This document shows positions 8,894-18,592 of a DNA stretch of 64,000 bases, in pieces. Every line of letters starts with the position of its first letter. The first letter of the stretch is position 1. The DNA is from Candidatus Yonathbacteria bacterium (GTDB taxonomy: Bacteria; Patescibacteriota; Minisyncoccia; Phycocordibacterales; UBA1550): NCBI GenBank assembly GCA_016215205.1, contig JACRKU010000013.1, positions 29,016 through 93,015 on the forward strand, in the 5' to 3' direction. The position numbers were made by a program, and so were the translations under genes. The notes below the pieces were generated by a model, which was not told the origin of the DNA, did no database searches, and saw only the letters and a list, made by a program, of their open reading frames with translations.

Positions 8894-10240
8894 ATGAATG
8901 ACATTATCCGAAAACAAATGAAAGATGTGATTGTTCCTCATAACGAGGTTATTCGTCGAGTGCCAACCGTACCCGAACCGTACGCCGCGCCAAAGCCTTC
9001 AGAAGAAATGGGGCGCATCGAAAAAAATCCATTTTTCAAAAAGGAGAGAAAAAAAGATGACGAACCACCAAAAGGCAAAAGCGCGCGTTCCCACGCGCTT
9101 ACTTGGGCGTTTCTGGCAGTCGCACTTTTGGTCGCAGTTTTTGTTGTCGCAAACTATTTTTCATCGGCGACGGTAGAAATCACGCCTATCACGCGAAGTA
9201 TAAATCTAGACCGTGATTTTACAGCGGTTTCGTCCGACAAAGCGGTGGAAGGCGATCTCATTTTTCATTTTGTTGCAACTTCCACGGAAAAAATAAAAGA
9301 GGTCCCCGCAACGGTCGAAAAGAAGATTCAAAAAAAAGCGTCAGGGAAAGTAACAATTTTCAACTCCTATAATGGAGAAAGTCAGCGTCTCATCAAAAAC
9401 ACGCGCCTCGAGTCTCCCGGTCGCAAAACATATCGCATCGACCAGTCGGTGATTGTGCCAGGGATGAAGGTCGTCAATGGCAAAAATATGCCCGGCTCTG
9501 TTGAGGCGGTCGTCTATGCCGATGCTCCCGGTCCGGATTATAATATTGATAAACCTGCCGATTTTACAATCCCCGGGTTTAATGGTGACCCCCGATATAC
9601 GAAGTTTTACGCACGCTCAAAACCGGATTCTCCTATCACGGGCGGTTTTTCCGGAACCGTGAATATTCCCTCGGACGAAGCAATCCTACTTGCGCAAGAA
9701 GAATTGAAGCAAGAGCTCCCTAAAATCGCGATTGAAAAAGCGCGCGCGCAGATTCCCGACGGAATGTCGTTGTTTCCCGGAGGTGTGATAATAAAATTTG
9801 AAGATGTGCCGCAGGACATAACCTTAGGCACGCTGTCAAAGGTTGTCGTGCGCGCCACGGCATCGGTATTTTTCTTTGATACGACTGTTCTCACAGAGAA
9901 ACTTGCAGCCGCATTATTGTCCGAAGACAAAGGAAAAACATTCGTAGTCTCTAATATGTCCGCTCTCGCATTCTCATTCGTTGACCCCGTGAACAACGTA
10001 GTTCTCTCTGACCTCTCAAAGATAAGTTTTCATATCAAGGGGGACTTGGTGTTTGTGGGGCAGATTGATGCCACAAAAATCCGCGCGGAACTCGCGGGCA
10101 AAGAAAAAAAAGATTTTGGCAAACTTATCGTCGGAGAGAATAGTATCGGCAAGGCGGATGTTGTTATTCGTCCAATGTGGAAAACTGCCTTTCCTAAAGA
10201 CCCCACAAAGATTACAATAAAAATTGTTAGCGGGGAATAG
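8894..10240 (+). CDS. Single-TM protein with baseplate-J/gp47-like domain
   Basis: TM helix, then KASGKVTIFN, V.VPG, VYADAPGPDYNI, ITGG motifs typical of the baseplate-J-like fold; starts 1 nt after the upstream stop. Confidence 0.65.
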   Translation: MNDIIRKQMKDVIVPHNEVIRRVPTVPEPYAAPKPSEEMGRIEKNPFFKKERKKDDEPPKGKSARSHALTWAFLAVALLVAVFVVANYFSSATVEITPITRSINLDRDFTAVSSDKAVEGDLIFHFVATSTEKIKEVPATVEKKIQKKASGKVTIFNSYNGESQRLIKNTRLESPGRKTYRIDQSVIVPGMKVVNGKNMPGSVEAVVYADAPGPDYNIDKPADFTIPGFNGDPRYTKFYARSKPDSPITGGFSGTVNIPSDEAILLAQEELKQELPKIAIEKARAQIPDGMSLFPGGVIIKFEDVPQDITLGTLSKVVVRATASVFFFDTTVLTEKLAAALLSEDKGKTFVVSNMSALAFSFVDPVNNVVLSDLSKISFHIKGDLVFVGQIDATKIRAELAGKEKKDFGKLIVGENSIGKADVVIRPMWKTAFPKDPTKITIKIVSGE

Positions 10241-10287
10241 TTGTAATTGACGCCACACTAAACTTTTGGTATCATGAAGATTCACAA

Positions 10288-10503
10288 ATGGCAGAAATAG
10301 AAAAAGAGGAGCTAACACAAGGGGAGGTTACCGAAGCGCTTCCGGGCGCAATGTTTCGCGTAGAGTTTCCGGACGGGCAAGTTGTCATATCCTATCTCGC
10401 GGGCAAGATGCGTCTGCACCGCATCAAGGTCCTCATCGGGGATAAGGTTATGGTAAAGCTTGATCCGTATGGCGGAAAAGGCCGTATTATCAAGCGACTA
10501 TAG
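10288..10503 (+). CDS. infA: Translation initiation factor IF-1
   Basis: GEVTEALPGAMFRV, AGKMR, IGDKV; promoter TTGACG(10247)-17-TATCAT(10270). Confidence 0.98.
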   Translation: MAEIEKEELTQGEVTEALPGAMFRVEFPDGQVVISYLAGKMRLHRIKVLIGDKVMVKLDPYGGKGRIIKRL

Positions 10504-10508
10504 AGGGC

Positions 10509-10537
10509 TTGCATTTAATTCCAAAATACGATATAGT
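10509..10537 (+). promoter_or_regulatory. Promoter of rpmJ-rpsM-rpsK-rpsD
   Basis: TTGCAT-17nt-TATAGT. Confidence 0.65.
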
Positions 10538-10688
10538 ACCCTCACTGTTTTGTTTTTGTGGTTTTGTTTGTGTTTTCGTAGGTTTGCGCGAAATTTACTC
10601 TATTGCCGCCTACTTAAAAAGGTAGGTATCAATAGAGAGTTTTTGTTCAATTTTTGTTTAAATAGTAGTGGATACCAATATCTTTAGT

Positions 10689-10802
10689 ATGAAAGTACGA
10701 GCATCAGTAAAAAAAATTTGCGTAAAATGCAAGACGGTCAAGCGCGGCGACCGTATTCGCGTTATCTGCACAAACCCGCGTCATAAACAGCGTCAGGGAT
10801 AA
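10689..10802 (+). CDS. rpmJ: 50S ribosomal protein L36 (absent from ORF track)
   Basis: Hand translation [37 protein letters not shown]. Confidence 0.98.
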   Translation: MKVRASVKKICVKCKTVKRGDRIRVICTNPRHKQRQG

Positions 10803-10839
10803 CTATAGAGTAATCATTTAAGTATAAGACATTATATAT

Positions 10840-11220
10840 ATGCGAATCCTAGGAGTAACAATACCGGATGAAAAAAGATTGGAGATAAGTTTGACCGCAG
10901 TGTACGGCATCGGCCGTCCGCGCGCAAAAGAGCTTCTTGATTCCGCAAAAATCGACCATGGCAAGCGCGCCAAAGATTTGACTCCGGGGGACGAGGCGAA
11001 GATTCGTAAAATTATTGAAGAGCTCACTCTTGAAGGAGACCTCAAACGCGAAATTTCGACAAACATAAAGCGTTTGAAAGAAATCAAAGCGTACCGAGGA
11101 TTACGTCACGCAAAAAAGCTTCCCGTTCGCGGACAACGCACAAAGACAAACTCTCGCACCGTGCGCGGGAACAAGCGCACAACGATGGGTTCAGGACGTC
11201 GCAAGGCTGACAAGAAATAA
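10840..11220 (+). CDS. rpsM: 30S ribosomal protein S13
   Basis: YGIG, YRGLRH..KLPVRGQRTKTNSRT. Confidence 0.98.
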   Translation: MRILGVTIPDEKRLEISLTAVYGIGRPRAKELLDSAKIDHGKRAKDLTPGDEAKIRKIIEELTLEGDLKREISTNIKRLKEIKAYRGLRHAKKLPVRGQRTKTNSRTVRGNKRTTMGSGRRKADKK

Positions 11221-11242
11221 TAGACTTCAAGCAAAGACCATT

Positions 11243-11677
11243 ATGGGTAAAAAACGAATTATTAAAAAAGAAGGACAGAGCGTTGATCAGGGATTGGTAT
11301 CTCGCGCCCTTTCTCGTACCGCAAAAAAGAAGCATGTTGAAGGGGTACTCTATGTGCAGTCAACATACAATAATACAAAAGTGCTCCTCGCGGACAAGGC
11401 GGGCAACGCGCTCATCTGGTCTTCGTGCGGCTCTCTCGGTTTCAAGGGGGCAAAGAAGGGGACGCCGTTTGCCGCCGCAAAAGTTGGAGAGCTTGTTGGT
11501 GAAAAGGCCGCAATGATCGGAATGAAGGCGGTTGACGTAGTGGTAAAGGGTGTAGGCGCCGGGCGCGAGAGCTCGATTCGCGCGTTCAACTCAAAAGGCA
11601 TCGATATTGCGCTTATTCGCGATGTAACGCCGGTTCCGCACAATGGTCCGAAGCCAAAGAAACCGCGAAGAATTTAA
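11243..11677 (+). CDS. rpsK: 30S ribosomal protein S11
   Basis: STYNNT, GFKGAKKGTPFAA, DVTPVPHNG. Confidence 0.98.
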   Translation: MGKKRIIKKEGQSVDQGLVSRALSRTAKKKHVEGVLYVQSTYNNTKVLLADKAGNALIWSSCGSLGFKGAKKGTPFAAAKVGELVGEKAAMIGMKAVDVVVKGVGAGRESSIRAFNSKGIDIALIRDVTPVPHNGPKPKKPRRI

Positions 11678-11693
11678 ACCATCAATATAATAT

Positions 11694-12305
11694 ATGAGCA
11701 GAGTTACATGTAAAATTTGTCGTCGTCTCGGGGAGACCGTTTGCGGACGCGAGAAGTGCGCGTTTAAAAAGCGTCCGTACCCGCCGGGAAAGTTGCTTTC
11801 TGAAAAAAAGCATCGCGCAACATTGACCGACTTCGGACTCCAGCTTCGTGAGAAGCAAAAAGTTCGCCACACATACGGTGTGAGCGAAAAGCAATTTTCG
11901 AATTATGTTAAAGAGGCATCGGGCAAGCGCGGTACGAACCCTGCTGAATACCTTTTTGAAGCTCTTGAGTCTCGTTTGGACAGTGCCGTGTATCGTTCGG
12001 GTTTTGTGGCATCTCGTTCTCTTGCGCGCCAGATAGTATCACACGGACACATTATGGTAAATGGTCGCCGCGCAAACATCGCGTCACGACGAATGAAAGT
12101 TGGCGACACGATATCAATCCGTCCCGGAAGTATGAGTTCGAAACTCTTTGAAGGGCTCGCGGAACGTTTGAAGGCCGCGACAGTGCCAACTTGGTTCAAG
12201 CTTGATACAGATAAGCTCGAAGCAACGTTTCAAGGAAAGCCAAAAGTGGGGCAGGCAGAAATGTCTTTCAATCTCACTTCTGTCATTGAATTTTACAGCC
12301 GTTAA
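11694..12305 (+). CDS. rpsD: 30S ribosomal protein S4 (Cys4 zinc form)
   Basis: CKICRR..C..C, QLREKQK, LESRLD, ARQIVSHGH, IEFYSR. Confidence 0.98.
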   Translation: MSRVTCKICRRLGETVCGREKCAFKKRPYPPGKLLSEKKHRATLTDFGLQLREKQKVRHTYGVSEKQFSNYVKEASGKRGTNPAEYLFEALESRLDSAVYRSGFVASRSLARQIVSHGHIMVNGRRANIASRRMKVGDTISIRPGSMSSKLFEGLAERLKAATVPTWFKLDTDKLEATFQGKPKVGQAEMSFNLTSVIEFYSR

Positions 12306-12319
12306 TTCCTGTGCCCTGT

Positions 12320-12348
12320 TTGCATTTATCAAAAATTTAAGGTATAGT
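12320..12348 (+). promoter_or_regulatory. Internal promoter for rpoA
   Basis: TTGCAT-17nt-TATAGT, same hexamers as the rpmJ promoter. Confidence 0.6.
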
Positions 12349-12371
12349 TTCAACTTCTAATTTACACCACA

Positions 12372-13337
12372 ATGCTCGACTACAACATCACATTGCCATC
12401 GAAACCAAAAGTTCTCTCCGAGGACGGTTTTAAGGGAAGCTACGAAATCGAAAGTCTTTATCCGGGATATGGGCATACGCTCGGAAATTCACTTCGCCGC
12501 ATTATTCTCTCATCGCTTTTGGGTGCCGCAATCACAACGGTAAAGATTGAAGGCGCTTCGCATGAGTTTTCTACTGTAGAAGGAGTCAAAGAGGATGTTA
12601 TTACGATACTTCTCAATTTGAAAAAGGTGCGCTTCAAACTTTCCACAATGGAGCCGCAGGTTGTTACGCTTTCCGTGAAAGGCGCGAAAGATGTTACCGC
12701 AGGCGATATCAAAGTTTCCGGTCAGGTGGAAGTTTTGAATCCGGAACAGCATATTGCGACACTGACCGACAAAAACGCAACACTCAATATCGAGATTGTT
12801 GTTGTAAAAGGTTTCGGCTATGTTTCAAAAGAAATCCACCAGAAAGAAAAGATGGAAATCGGTACCATCGCCGTTGATGCAATCTTTACACCGATTCGTC
12901 GTGTAAATTACGAGGTAGACAACATGCGCGTGGGAAATCGCACCGACTACAACCGTTTGCGCATTTCTATAGAGACTGACGGCACCATTTCTCCTCGCCG
13001 CGCCCTTGAAGCATCGATTGAGATTATGGTAAACCAGCTCAAGTCAGTTATTGGTTTTGTCGAGAAAGTTGAAGTTGAGGCAAAAGAGACTCCGGAGATA
13101 AAGGAGGTTTCTCCAAAGAAAGACGCTGCGGACAATGACTTCTTGAAGACTCGCGTAGAAAATCTCGACCTTTCGACTCGCACGAATAATGCGCTTTCAA
13201 ACGCAAATATTCGCACCATCGGCGGCTTGGCAAGGAAGACCGAAGAGGATCTGCTTGAGATTGATGGTTTGGGAGACAAAGGAATTCAAGAAATAAAGCG
13301 CGCCCTTGGAGCACACAACATCACTCTCAAAAGCTAA
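12372..13337 (+). CDS. rpoA: RNA polymerase alpha subunit
   Basis: GYGHTLGNSLRRIILSS, HEFST..GVKEDV, alpha-CTD LSTRTNNAL. Confidence 0.99.
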   Translation: MLDYNITLPSKPKVLSEDGFKGSYEIESLYPGYGHTLGNSLRRIILSSLLGAAITTVKIEGASHEFSTVEGVKEDVITILLNLKKVRFKLSTMEPQVVTLSVKGAKDVTAGDIKVSGQVEVLNPEQHIATLTDKNATLNIEIVVVKGFGYVSKEIHQKEKMEIGTIAVDAIFTPIRRVNYEVDNMRVGNRTDYNRLRISIETDGTISPRRALEASIEIMVNQLKSVIGFVEKVEVEAKETPEIKEVSPKKDAADNDFLKTRVENLDLSTRTNNALSNANIRTIGGLARKTEEDLLEIDGLGDKGIQEIKRALGAHNITLKS

Positions 13338-13359
13338 CTATTAACTATTTACTAATACC

Positions 13360-13719
13360 ATGAAACACCACAAGTCGATGAGAAAATTTGGACGAGACCA
13401 CGCGGGGCGTATTGCGCTTCTTCGCTCGCTCGCTCTCGCGCTCATAAAGACCGAGCACATAGAGACCACCGAGGCGCGCGCCAAGGAGCTTCGTCCATTC
13501 GTCGAGAAGCTGGTGACTCGAGGCGGAAAGGCAGATTTGACGTCACGCCGTCTTATTATTTCTCGCCTGGGCGGCGTGTCTGGAGAGGAGGGCGCAAAAA
13601 AGCTCATTGATGAGATTGCGCCTCGCTACAAGGAGCGCGCCGGCGGATACACGCGTATTTTGAAACTCCCGCGCCGCCATGGGGACGCATCGAAAATGGC
13701 TGTTATTGAATTTGTTTAG
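13360..13719 (+). CDS. rplQ: 50S ribosomal protein L17
   Basis: IETTEARAKELR, RAGGYTRI. Confidence 0.98.
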   Translation: MKHHKSMRKFGRDHAGRIALLRSLALALIKTEHIETTEARAKELRPFVEKLVTRGGKADLTSRRLIISRLGGVSGEEGAKKLIDEIAPRYKERAGGYTRILKLPRRHGDASKMAVIEFV

Positions 13720-13742
13720 TACACCCATTAAAATTAATCACC

Positions 13743-14087
13743 ATGACATACAAAATTGACGCAAAAGGAAAATCCGTAGGGCGCGTTGCCACCGAGGCGG
13801 CGAGTGTTCTTATGGGCAAAACTTCACCCGCATTTCAGAAGCACATCCCTGCAGATGTTCTTGTAATAATCGAGAATGCATCAAAGGCATCAATTACTCC
13901 ATCAAAGATGGGGCAAGTGCATTCAAAGACTTATTCCGGTTATCCTGGCGGACTTCGTGAACGCACGGTCGCATACACAATCGAGAAAAAGGGTCACACT
14001 GAAGTTTTCCTTCGCGCAATTTCACGCATGATTCCGCGCAATCGTTTGCACAAGATTCGCATGAAGAATTTAAAAATTACCGAATAA
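13743..14087 (+). CDS. rplM: 50S ribosomal protein L13 (short)
   Basis: IDAKGKSVGRVA..A..LMGK, YSGYPGGL, MIPRN. Confidence 0.95.
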   Translation: MTYKIDAKGKSVGRVATEAASVLMGKTSPAFQKHIPADVLVIIENASKASITPSKMGQVHSKTYSGYPGGLRERTVAYTIEKKGHTEVFLRAISRMIPRNRLHKIRMKNLKITE

Positions 14088-14088
14088 T

Positions 14089-14544
14089 ATGACGACCAAA
14101 GATACTACAAAAAAAGAATCAGTTTCAAGAATACATGCGGTAAAGAAAGCGCATGCTCGCTATGTCGAAGCTGTTGGTCGTCGCAAGACTTCAACCGCCC
14201 GCGTTCGCATCGCCGAGTCTTCAAAAGAATCAGCCACAATAAACGACAAGGATGTTCCGGTGTATTTCCCGACAGCAGAGCTTCAGTCTATTGTTGCCAA
14301 GGCAATCGAGAAATCAAAAGTTGTCGGAAAGTTTGCCGTTTCAGCGCGAGTAACGGGTGGTGGAATTCACTCGCAAGCAGAAGCGGTTCGCCACGGACTC
14401 TCTCGCGCCATCGTTAAATTTGATGAAGAAACAAGGAAGCGTTTGAAGAAACTCGGTTTCCTAAAGCGTGATCCACGCATGAAAGAGCGCCGCAAGTTCG
14501 GCCTTAAGAAAGCGCGCAAGGCGCCACAATGGTCTAAGCGCTAA
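14089..14544 (+). CDS. rpsI: 30S ribosomal protein S9
   Basis: GRRKTSTARV, GGG..SQAEA, ERRKFGLKKARKAPQWSKR. Confidence 0.98.
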   Translation: MTTKDTTKKESVSRIHAVKKAHARYVEAVGRRKTSTARVRIAESSKESATINDKDVPVYFPTAELQSIVAKAIEKSKVVGKFAVSARVTGGGIHSQAEAVRHGLSRAIVKFDEETRKRLKKLGFLKRDPRMKERRKFGLKKARKAPQWSKR

Positions 14545-14565
14545 TATTGCATAAAGAGTTTTTAT

Positions 14566-14608
14566 AAAAGAAAGAGAGAAATTATCAGTCGATAATTTCT
14601 CTCTTTCT
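14566..14608 (+). terminator. Terminator hairpin after rpsI
   Basis: AGAAAGAGAGAAATTATC-agtc-GATAATTTCTCTCTTTCT. Confidence 0.75.
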
Positions 14609-14648
14609 TAAATTGTGGGCAATATGATAAGATGAGGTTTCAATAACT

Positions 14649-15278
14649 ATGACAGACACAGAAAACGCGGAAAAAGATGATAAAATAGTGGGTACAGAGG
14701 CTCAAAACGAGTCGCTTGACACAAAAGAAGACCCCATGTATAGTGGTGACCTCCAATACGAGGATGAGGAGGATTTGGAAAGTCCGGCGCTTGCGACGAA
14801 GAAACTTCGCGATAAACTTAAAGCCTGTGAGAAGGAAAAGAAAGAGTATCTTGATGGTTGGCAGAGAATGCGCGCGGATTTTGCAAATGTGAAAAAAGAA
14901 GAGGAAACCCGCCGCGGAGAAATGATAAAATTTGCCTCCGAGGGGCTCGTCGATGACCTGCTTCCAGTTTTAGACAGTTTTTCGATGGCATTTGGAAATC
15001 GTGAAGTGTGGGAAAAGGTGGACGAGAACTGGCGCAAGGGGGTTGAATATATTTACGCGCAAATGTATTCTGTCCTTGAGTCGCGAGGCTTGAGCGAGAT
15101 AGGAAAAGTAGGCGAGAAAGTAGACCCGAGGACCCATGTTGCGATAGAGGAAATCCCTTTGCCTTCCGAAAAAGAAGCAGACACGGTAGCCGAGGTGGTG
15201 CAAAAGGGATACCGTCTGCATAGTAAAGTTATACGCCCCGCAAAAGTAAAAGCATTTGGGCATAAAGTCGAAATTTAA
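14649..15278 (+). CDS. grpE: Nucleotide exchange factor GrpE
   Basis: QRMRADFAN, LLPVLD, QKGY...VIRPAKV. Confidence 0.97.
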   Translation: MTDTENAEKDDKIVGTEAQNESLDTKEDPMYSGDLQYEDEEDLESPALATKKLRDKLKACEKEKKEYLDGWQRMRADFANVKKEEETRRGEMIKFASEGLVDDLLPVLDSFSMAFGNREVWEKVDENWRKGVEYIYAQMYSVLESRGLSEIGKVGEKVDPRTHVAIEEIPLPSEKEADTVAEVVQKGYRLHSKVIRPAKVKAFGHKVEI

Positions 15279-15311
15279 CAGTCTCATTAATCGTAATCAC
15301 ACAAAAATATC

Positions 15312-17210
15312 ATGGCAAAAATTTTAGGCATTGACTTGGGTACAACAAACAGCGCGGTCGCTATCATTGAAGGCGGCGAACCGCGCATCGTAGAAAACAT
15401 CGAAGGCGCGCGCACGACGCCGTCTATTGTTGCCGTTTCAAAAAGTGGTGAACGCTTGGTGGGACTTCTCGCAAAGCGTCAAGCAGTGACGAATCCGAAA
15501 AACACGCTTTTTGGCATCAAGCGTATGATAGGTCACACATTTGAAGACGAGGGTGTTCAGCGTGACAAAAAAACAGCGCCGTTTGGCATTGAGAAATCTC
15601 CCACTGGTGGCGTGCAGGTGAAAATGGGGGATAAGCAGTATCGCCCCGAGGAAATTTCGGCGATGGTGCTCCAGAAACTCAAAGCGGACGCCGAAGCAAA
15701 ACTTGGTGAAAAAATTACCGAGGCGGTAATTACTGTGCCTGCGTACTTCAACGACTCACAGCGTCAGGCGACAAAGGACGCTGGGCAGATTGCGGGTTTT
15801 GATGTGAAGCGTATCATCAACGAGCCGACTGCGGCCGCTCTCGCGTACGGTTTTAATAAAAAGAAAGATGAGAAGATTGTCGTGTACGACTTTGGCGGTG
15901 GTACGTTTGACGTGTCGGTGCTCGAAGTGGGCGGGGATGTTATTGAAGTAAAGTCCACCGACGGCGATGTGCACATGGGTGGGGAAGACATTGACCAGAA
16001 AATTATTCGTCATATTGCGAGTGAGTTCAAAAAAGAATCGGGGATTGATGTTTCAACAGACGTGATGGCGCTCCAGCGTTTGAAAGAATCTGCAGAAAAA
16101 GCAAAGCACGAGCTTTCTACCACCATGGAGGCTGAGATTAACATTCCATTTATTACTTCAGGAGCGGACGGTCCAAAGCACCTTCTTTTGAAACTTTCGC
16201 GCGCGACGCTTGACGACCTCGCTCGCGAGTATATCGACAAGTCAATCGAGATTACCAAGCGCGCGCTCGCCGCTTCTCCGTTCAAAAAGGAAGACATCAA
16301 CGAAATCATTATGGTTGGCGGACAGACCCGCATGCCGGCTATTGTTAATGCAGTGAAGGAGCTTTTTGGTAAGGAGCCAAATCGTTCAATCAATCCGGAT
16401 GAAGTAGTTGCTATTGGTGCGGCCATTCAGGCGGGAATCCTTCAGGGTGATGTAAAAGACGTGCTTCTCCTTGATGTTATTCCTCTCTCGCTCGGTATCG
16501 AAACATTCGGCAATGTCGCGACAAAACTCATCGAAAAAAATACCACGATTCCGGCGTCACGCTCGCAGATTTTCTCGACCGCGGCAGACAACCAAACATC
16601 AGTGGAGATTCATGTGGTGCAAGGCGAACGCCCAATGGCGCCCGACAACAAGTCTCTCGGCCGATTTATTTTGGACGGTATTCCGCCAGCACATCGCGGT
16701 GTGCCACAGGTGGAAGTTTCTTTTGATGTGGACGCAAACGGCATTCTTCAGGTAAAGGCAAAAGAAAAGACTACCGGCAAAGAACAATCCATTCGCATTG
16801 AAGCAAGCTCCGGTCTTTCAAAAGACGACATTGCGCGCATGCAAAAAGAAGCGGAGATGAATGCAGAAGAAGATGCGAAAAAGCGCGACAGCGCCGAGAC
16901 AAAAAACATGCTTGAGCAACTCGTATACACAGCCGAGAAATCACTTCGCGATAACGGCGACAAAGTTTCCGCTGAAATGAAATCTGCCGTTGAGGAAAAG
17001 CTCGCTCTTGCAAAAACCGCAAGCGCGGGAACAGATATTGAAGCAATGAAGAAAGCATCTACAGAGCTTTCAGAGACACTTTCCAAAATCGGCGAAGAAA
17101 TGATGAAGAACGCAGATGCGGCGAAAGCAGAGGGTGGCGCAGGCGAAAAACCGGAAGGCGGCGAGGGTAATGTTCACGACGCAGAGTATAAGGAAGGGGA
17201 GAATAAGTAA
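15312..17210 (+). CDS. dnaK: Chaperone DnaK
   Basis: [33 protein letters not shown]. Confidence 0.99.
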   Translation: MAKILGIDLGTTNSAVAIIEGGEPRIVENIEGARTTPSIVAVSKSGERLVGLLAKRQAVTNPKNTLFGIKRMIGHTFEDEGVQRDKKTAPFGIEKSPTGGVQVKMGDKQYRPEEISAMVLQKLKADAEAKLGEKITEAVITVPAYFNDSQRQATKDAGQIAGFDVKRIINEPTAAALAYGFNKKKDEKIVVYDFGGGTFDVSVLEVGGDVIEVKSTDGDVHMGGEDIDQKIIRHIASEFKKESGIDVSTDVMALQRLKESAEKAKHELSTTMEAEINIPFITSGADGPKHLLLKLSRATLDDLAREYIDKSIEITKRALAASPFKKEDINEIIMVGGQTRMPAIVNAVKELFGKEPNRSINPDEVVAIGAAIQAGILQGDVKDVLLLDVIPLSLGIETFGNVATKLIEKNTTIPASRSQIFSTAADNQTSVEIHVVQGERPMAPDNKSLGRFILDGIPPAHRGVPQVEVSFDVDANGILQVKAKEKTTGKEQSIRIEASSGLSKDDIARMQKEAEMNAEEDAKKRDSAETKNMLEQLVYTAEKSLRDNGDKVSAEMKSAVEEKLALAKTASAGTDIEAMKKASTELSETLSKIGEEMMKNADAAKAEGGAGEKPEGGEGNVHDAEYKEGENK

Positions 17211-17282
17211 AAAGTGACAAGTTAAAAGTAAAAAGTAGATGCATTTGTATCACTTTCAACTTTACACTTTTAACTTTCGACT
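17208..17282. repeat. Inverted array of 7-nt repeats
   Basis: AAAAGTG-ACAAGTT-AAAAGTA-AAAAGTA facing ACTTTCA-ACTTTAC-ACTTTTA-ACTTTCG. Confidence 0.7.
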
Positions 17283-17287
17283 TGCCT

Positions 17288-18337
17288 ATGGCAAAAGACT
17301 ACTACAAAACACTCGGTGTTGAAAAAAACGCCTCTCAAGACGAAATTAAAAAAGCGTTTCGTACTCTTGCGCACAAATATCATCCCGACAAGGGCGGTGA
17401 TGAGAAAAAGTTCAAAGAGGCAAGCGAAGCGTATCAAGTGCTTTCAGACGAAAAGAAACGCTCCGAATATGACACCTATGGTTCGGCGGGTCCGGGGCGA
17501 GGCAATGGCTTCGGGCAGGGCGGTTTTGACTCGTCTGGTTTCCAAGGGTTTGAAGGTGTGGACATAAACGACATCTTCGGAGATTTTTTTGGCGGTGGCC
17601 GCCGAGAACAGGTGCATCGCGGTCGCGACATTTCTGTTGACATTGAAATATCATTTTCGGAGGCTGTTTTTGGCGTGGAACACAAAGTTCGCATCACAAA
17701 AACCTCTTCTTGCGATACATGTCATGGCAGTGGCGCCAAACCGGGTACCAAAACAAAAGAGTGCGCAAAATGCAAGGGTAAGGGGCGCACACAGGAGTCC
17801 GTTAGGACAATTCTTGGTACATTTGCGCAAGAGCGCGAATGCAGTGCTTGTCACGGCTCCGGAAAAATTCCCGAAGAAAAATGCACCGCTTGCAAAGGCG
17901 CAGGTGTGGCGCGAAAAGAAGAGCAAATTACGATTCGCGTACCCGCAGGTATTCAAAATGGCGAGCAAGTGCGACTCACTGGCGCGGGTGAGGCAATACA
18001 GAACGGCAAGACAGGGGATTTGTATGTGCGTATTCATGTTGCTCCGCACAAAGTTTTCAGGCGCGAGGGTTACAACCTTGTGATGGCGCTCAGTGTGAAG
18101 CTCACCGACGCAATTCTCGGCGCCGAGTACCCCATACAGACTCTCGACGGAGAAATTAAATTAAAAATTCCGAGAGGTGTTTCGTCAGGCGAGGTTTTGC
18201 GCGTGCGCGAAAAAGGTGTACCCGTGGATAGCAAGCGCCGCGGCGATTTACTTATCAAGCTCGACATCAAAAATCCCGCAAAACTTTCCCGCACCGCCGA
18301 AAAACTCATCGAAGACCTTCGCAAAGAGGGGATTTAA
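17288..18337 (+). CDS. dnaJ: Chaperone DnaJ (class A)
   Basis: J domain HPD, G/F region, four CxxCxGxG repeats. Confidence 0.99.
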   Translation: MAKDYYKTLGVEKNASQDEIKKAFRTLAHKYHPDKGGDEKKFKEASEAYQVLSDEKKRSEYDTYGSAGPGRGNGFGQGGFDSSGFQGFEGVDINDIFGDFFGGGRREQVHRGRDISVDIEISFSEAVFGVEHKVRITKTSSCDTCHGSGAKPGTKTKECAKCKGKGRTQESVRTILGTFAQERECSACHGSGKIPEEKCTACKGAGVARKEEQITIRVPAGIQNGEQVRLTGAGEAIQNGKTGDLYVRIHVAPHKVFRREGYNLVMALSVKLTDAILGAEYPIQTLDGEIKLKIPRGVSSGEVLRVREKGVPVDSKRRGDLLIKLDIKNPAKLSRTAEKLIEDLRKEGI

Positions 18338-18398
18338 ATTTGCGAGATTATGTTTGCAAATTTCTTGAATACAATGCATAGTTTTTGCAGAGATGCTA

Positions 18399-18521
18399 AT
18401 GGCCAAATGCCGAGATTCCCTCGGCAACAAGAGCATCCTTTGTGAAGAGGAGTGCAAAATGAATATGTTTCTGCGCGTTGGCCCGGGTGATCCGGGCGAT
18501 CCGCCCTGCGACGGCGCTTAA
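18399..18521 (+). other. Small transcription unit: 40-aa Cys/Pro-rich ORF or structured RNA
   Basis: ORF MAKCRDSLGNKSILCEEECKMNMFLRVGPGDPGDPPCDGA*; also several local hairpins; TACAAT at 18370; strong terminator follows. Confidence 0.35.
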
Positions 18522-18536
18522 ACCACGCCCTCCATA

Positions 18537-18570
18537 ATCCCCCCGCTTCCTGTAAAGCGGGGGGATCTTT
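18537..18570 (+). terminator. Rho-independent terminator
   Basis: ATCCCCCCGCTT-cctgta-AAGCGGGGGGAT then CTTT. Confidence 0.8.
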
Positions 18571-18592
18571 ATGTTAAGATGTCTAAGATTAC

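Noticed and set aside
8894-10240. Prophage or contractile injection system
   Set aside because: No other structural or integrase genes; the protein has a TM anchor and lies among housekeeping genes.
10504-10688. 75-aa ORF or ncRNA between infA and rpmJ
   Set aside because: Explained by a promoter and a T-rich leader; the ORF is low-complexity and overlaps infA. A regulatory leader cannot be excluded but is unsupported.
14545-14648. CIRCE operator before grpE-dnaK-dnaJ
   Set aside because: No TTAGCACTC-N9-GAGTGCTAA seen and no hrcA; the inverted repeat there is the rpsI terminator.
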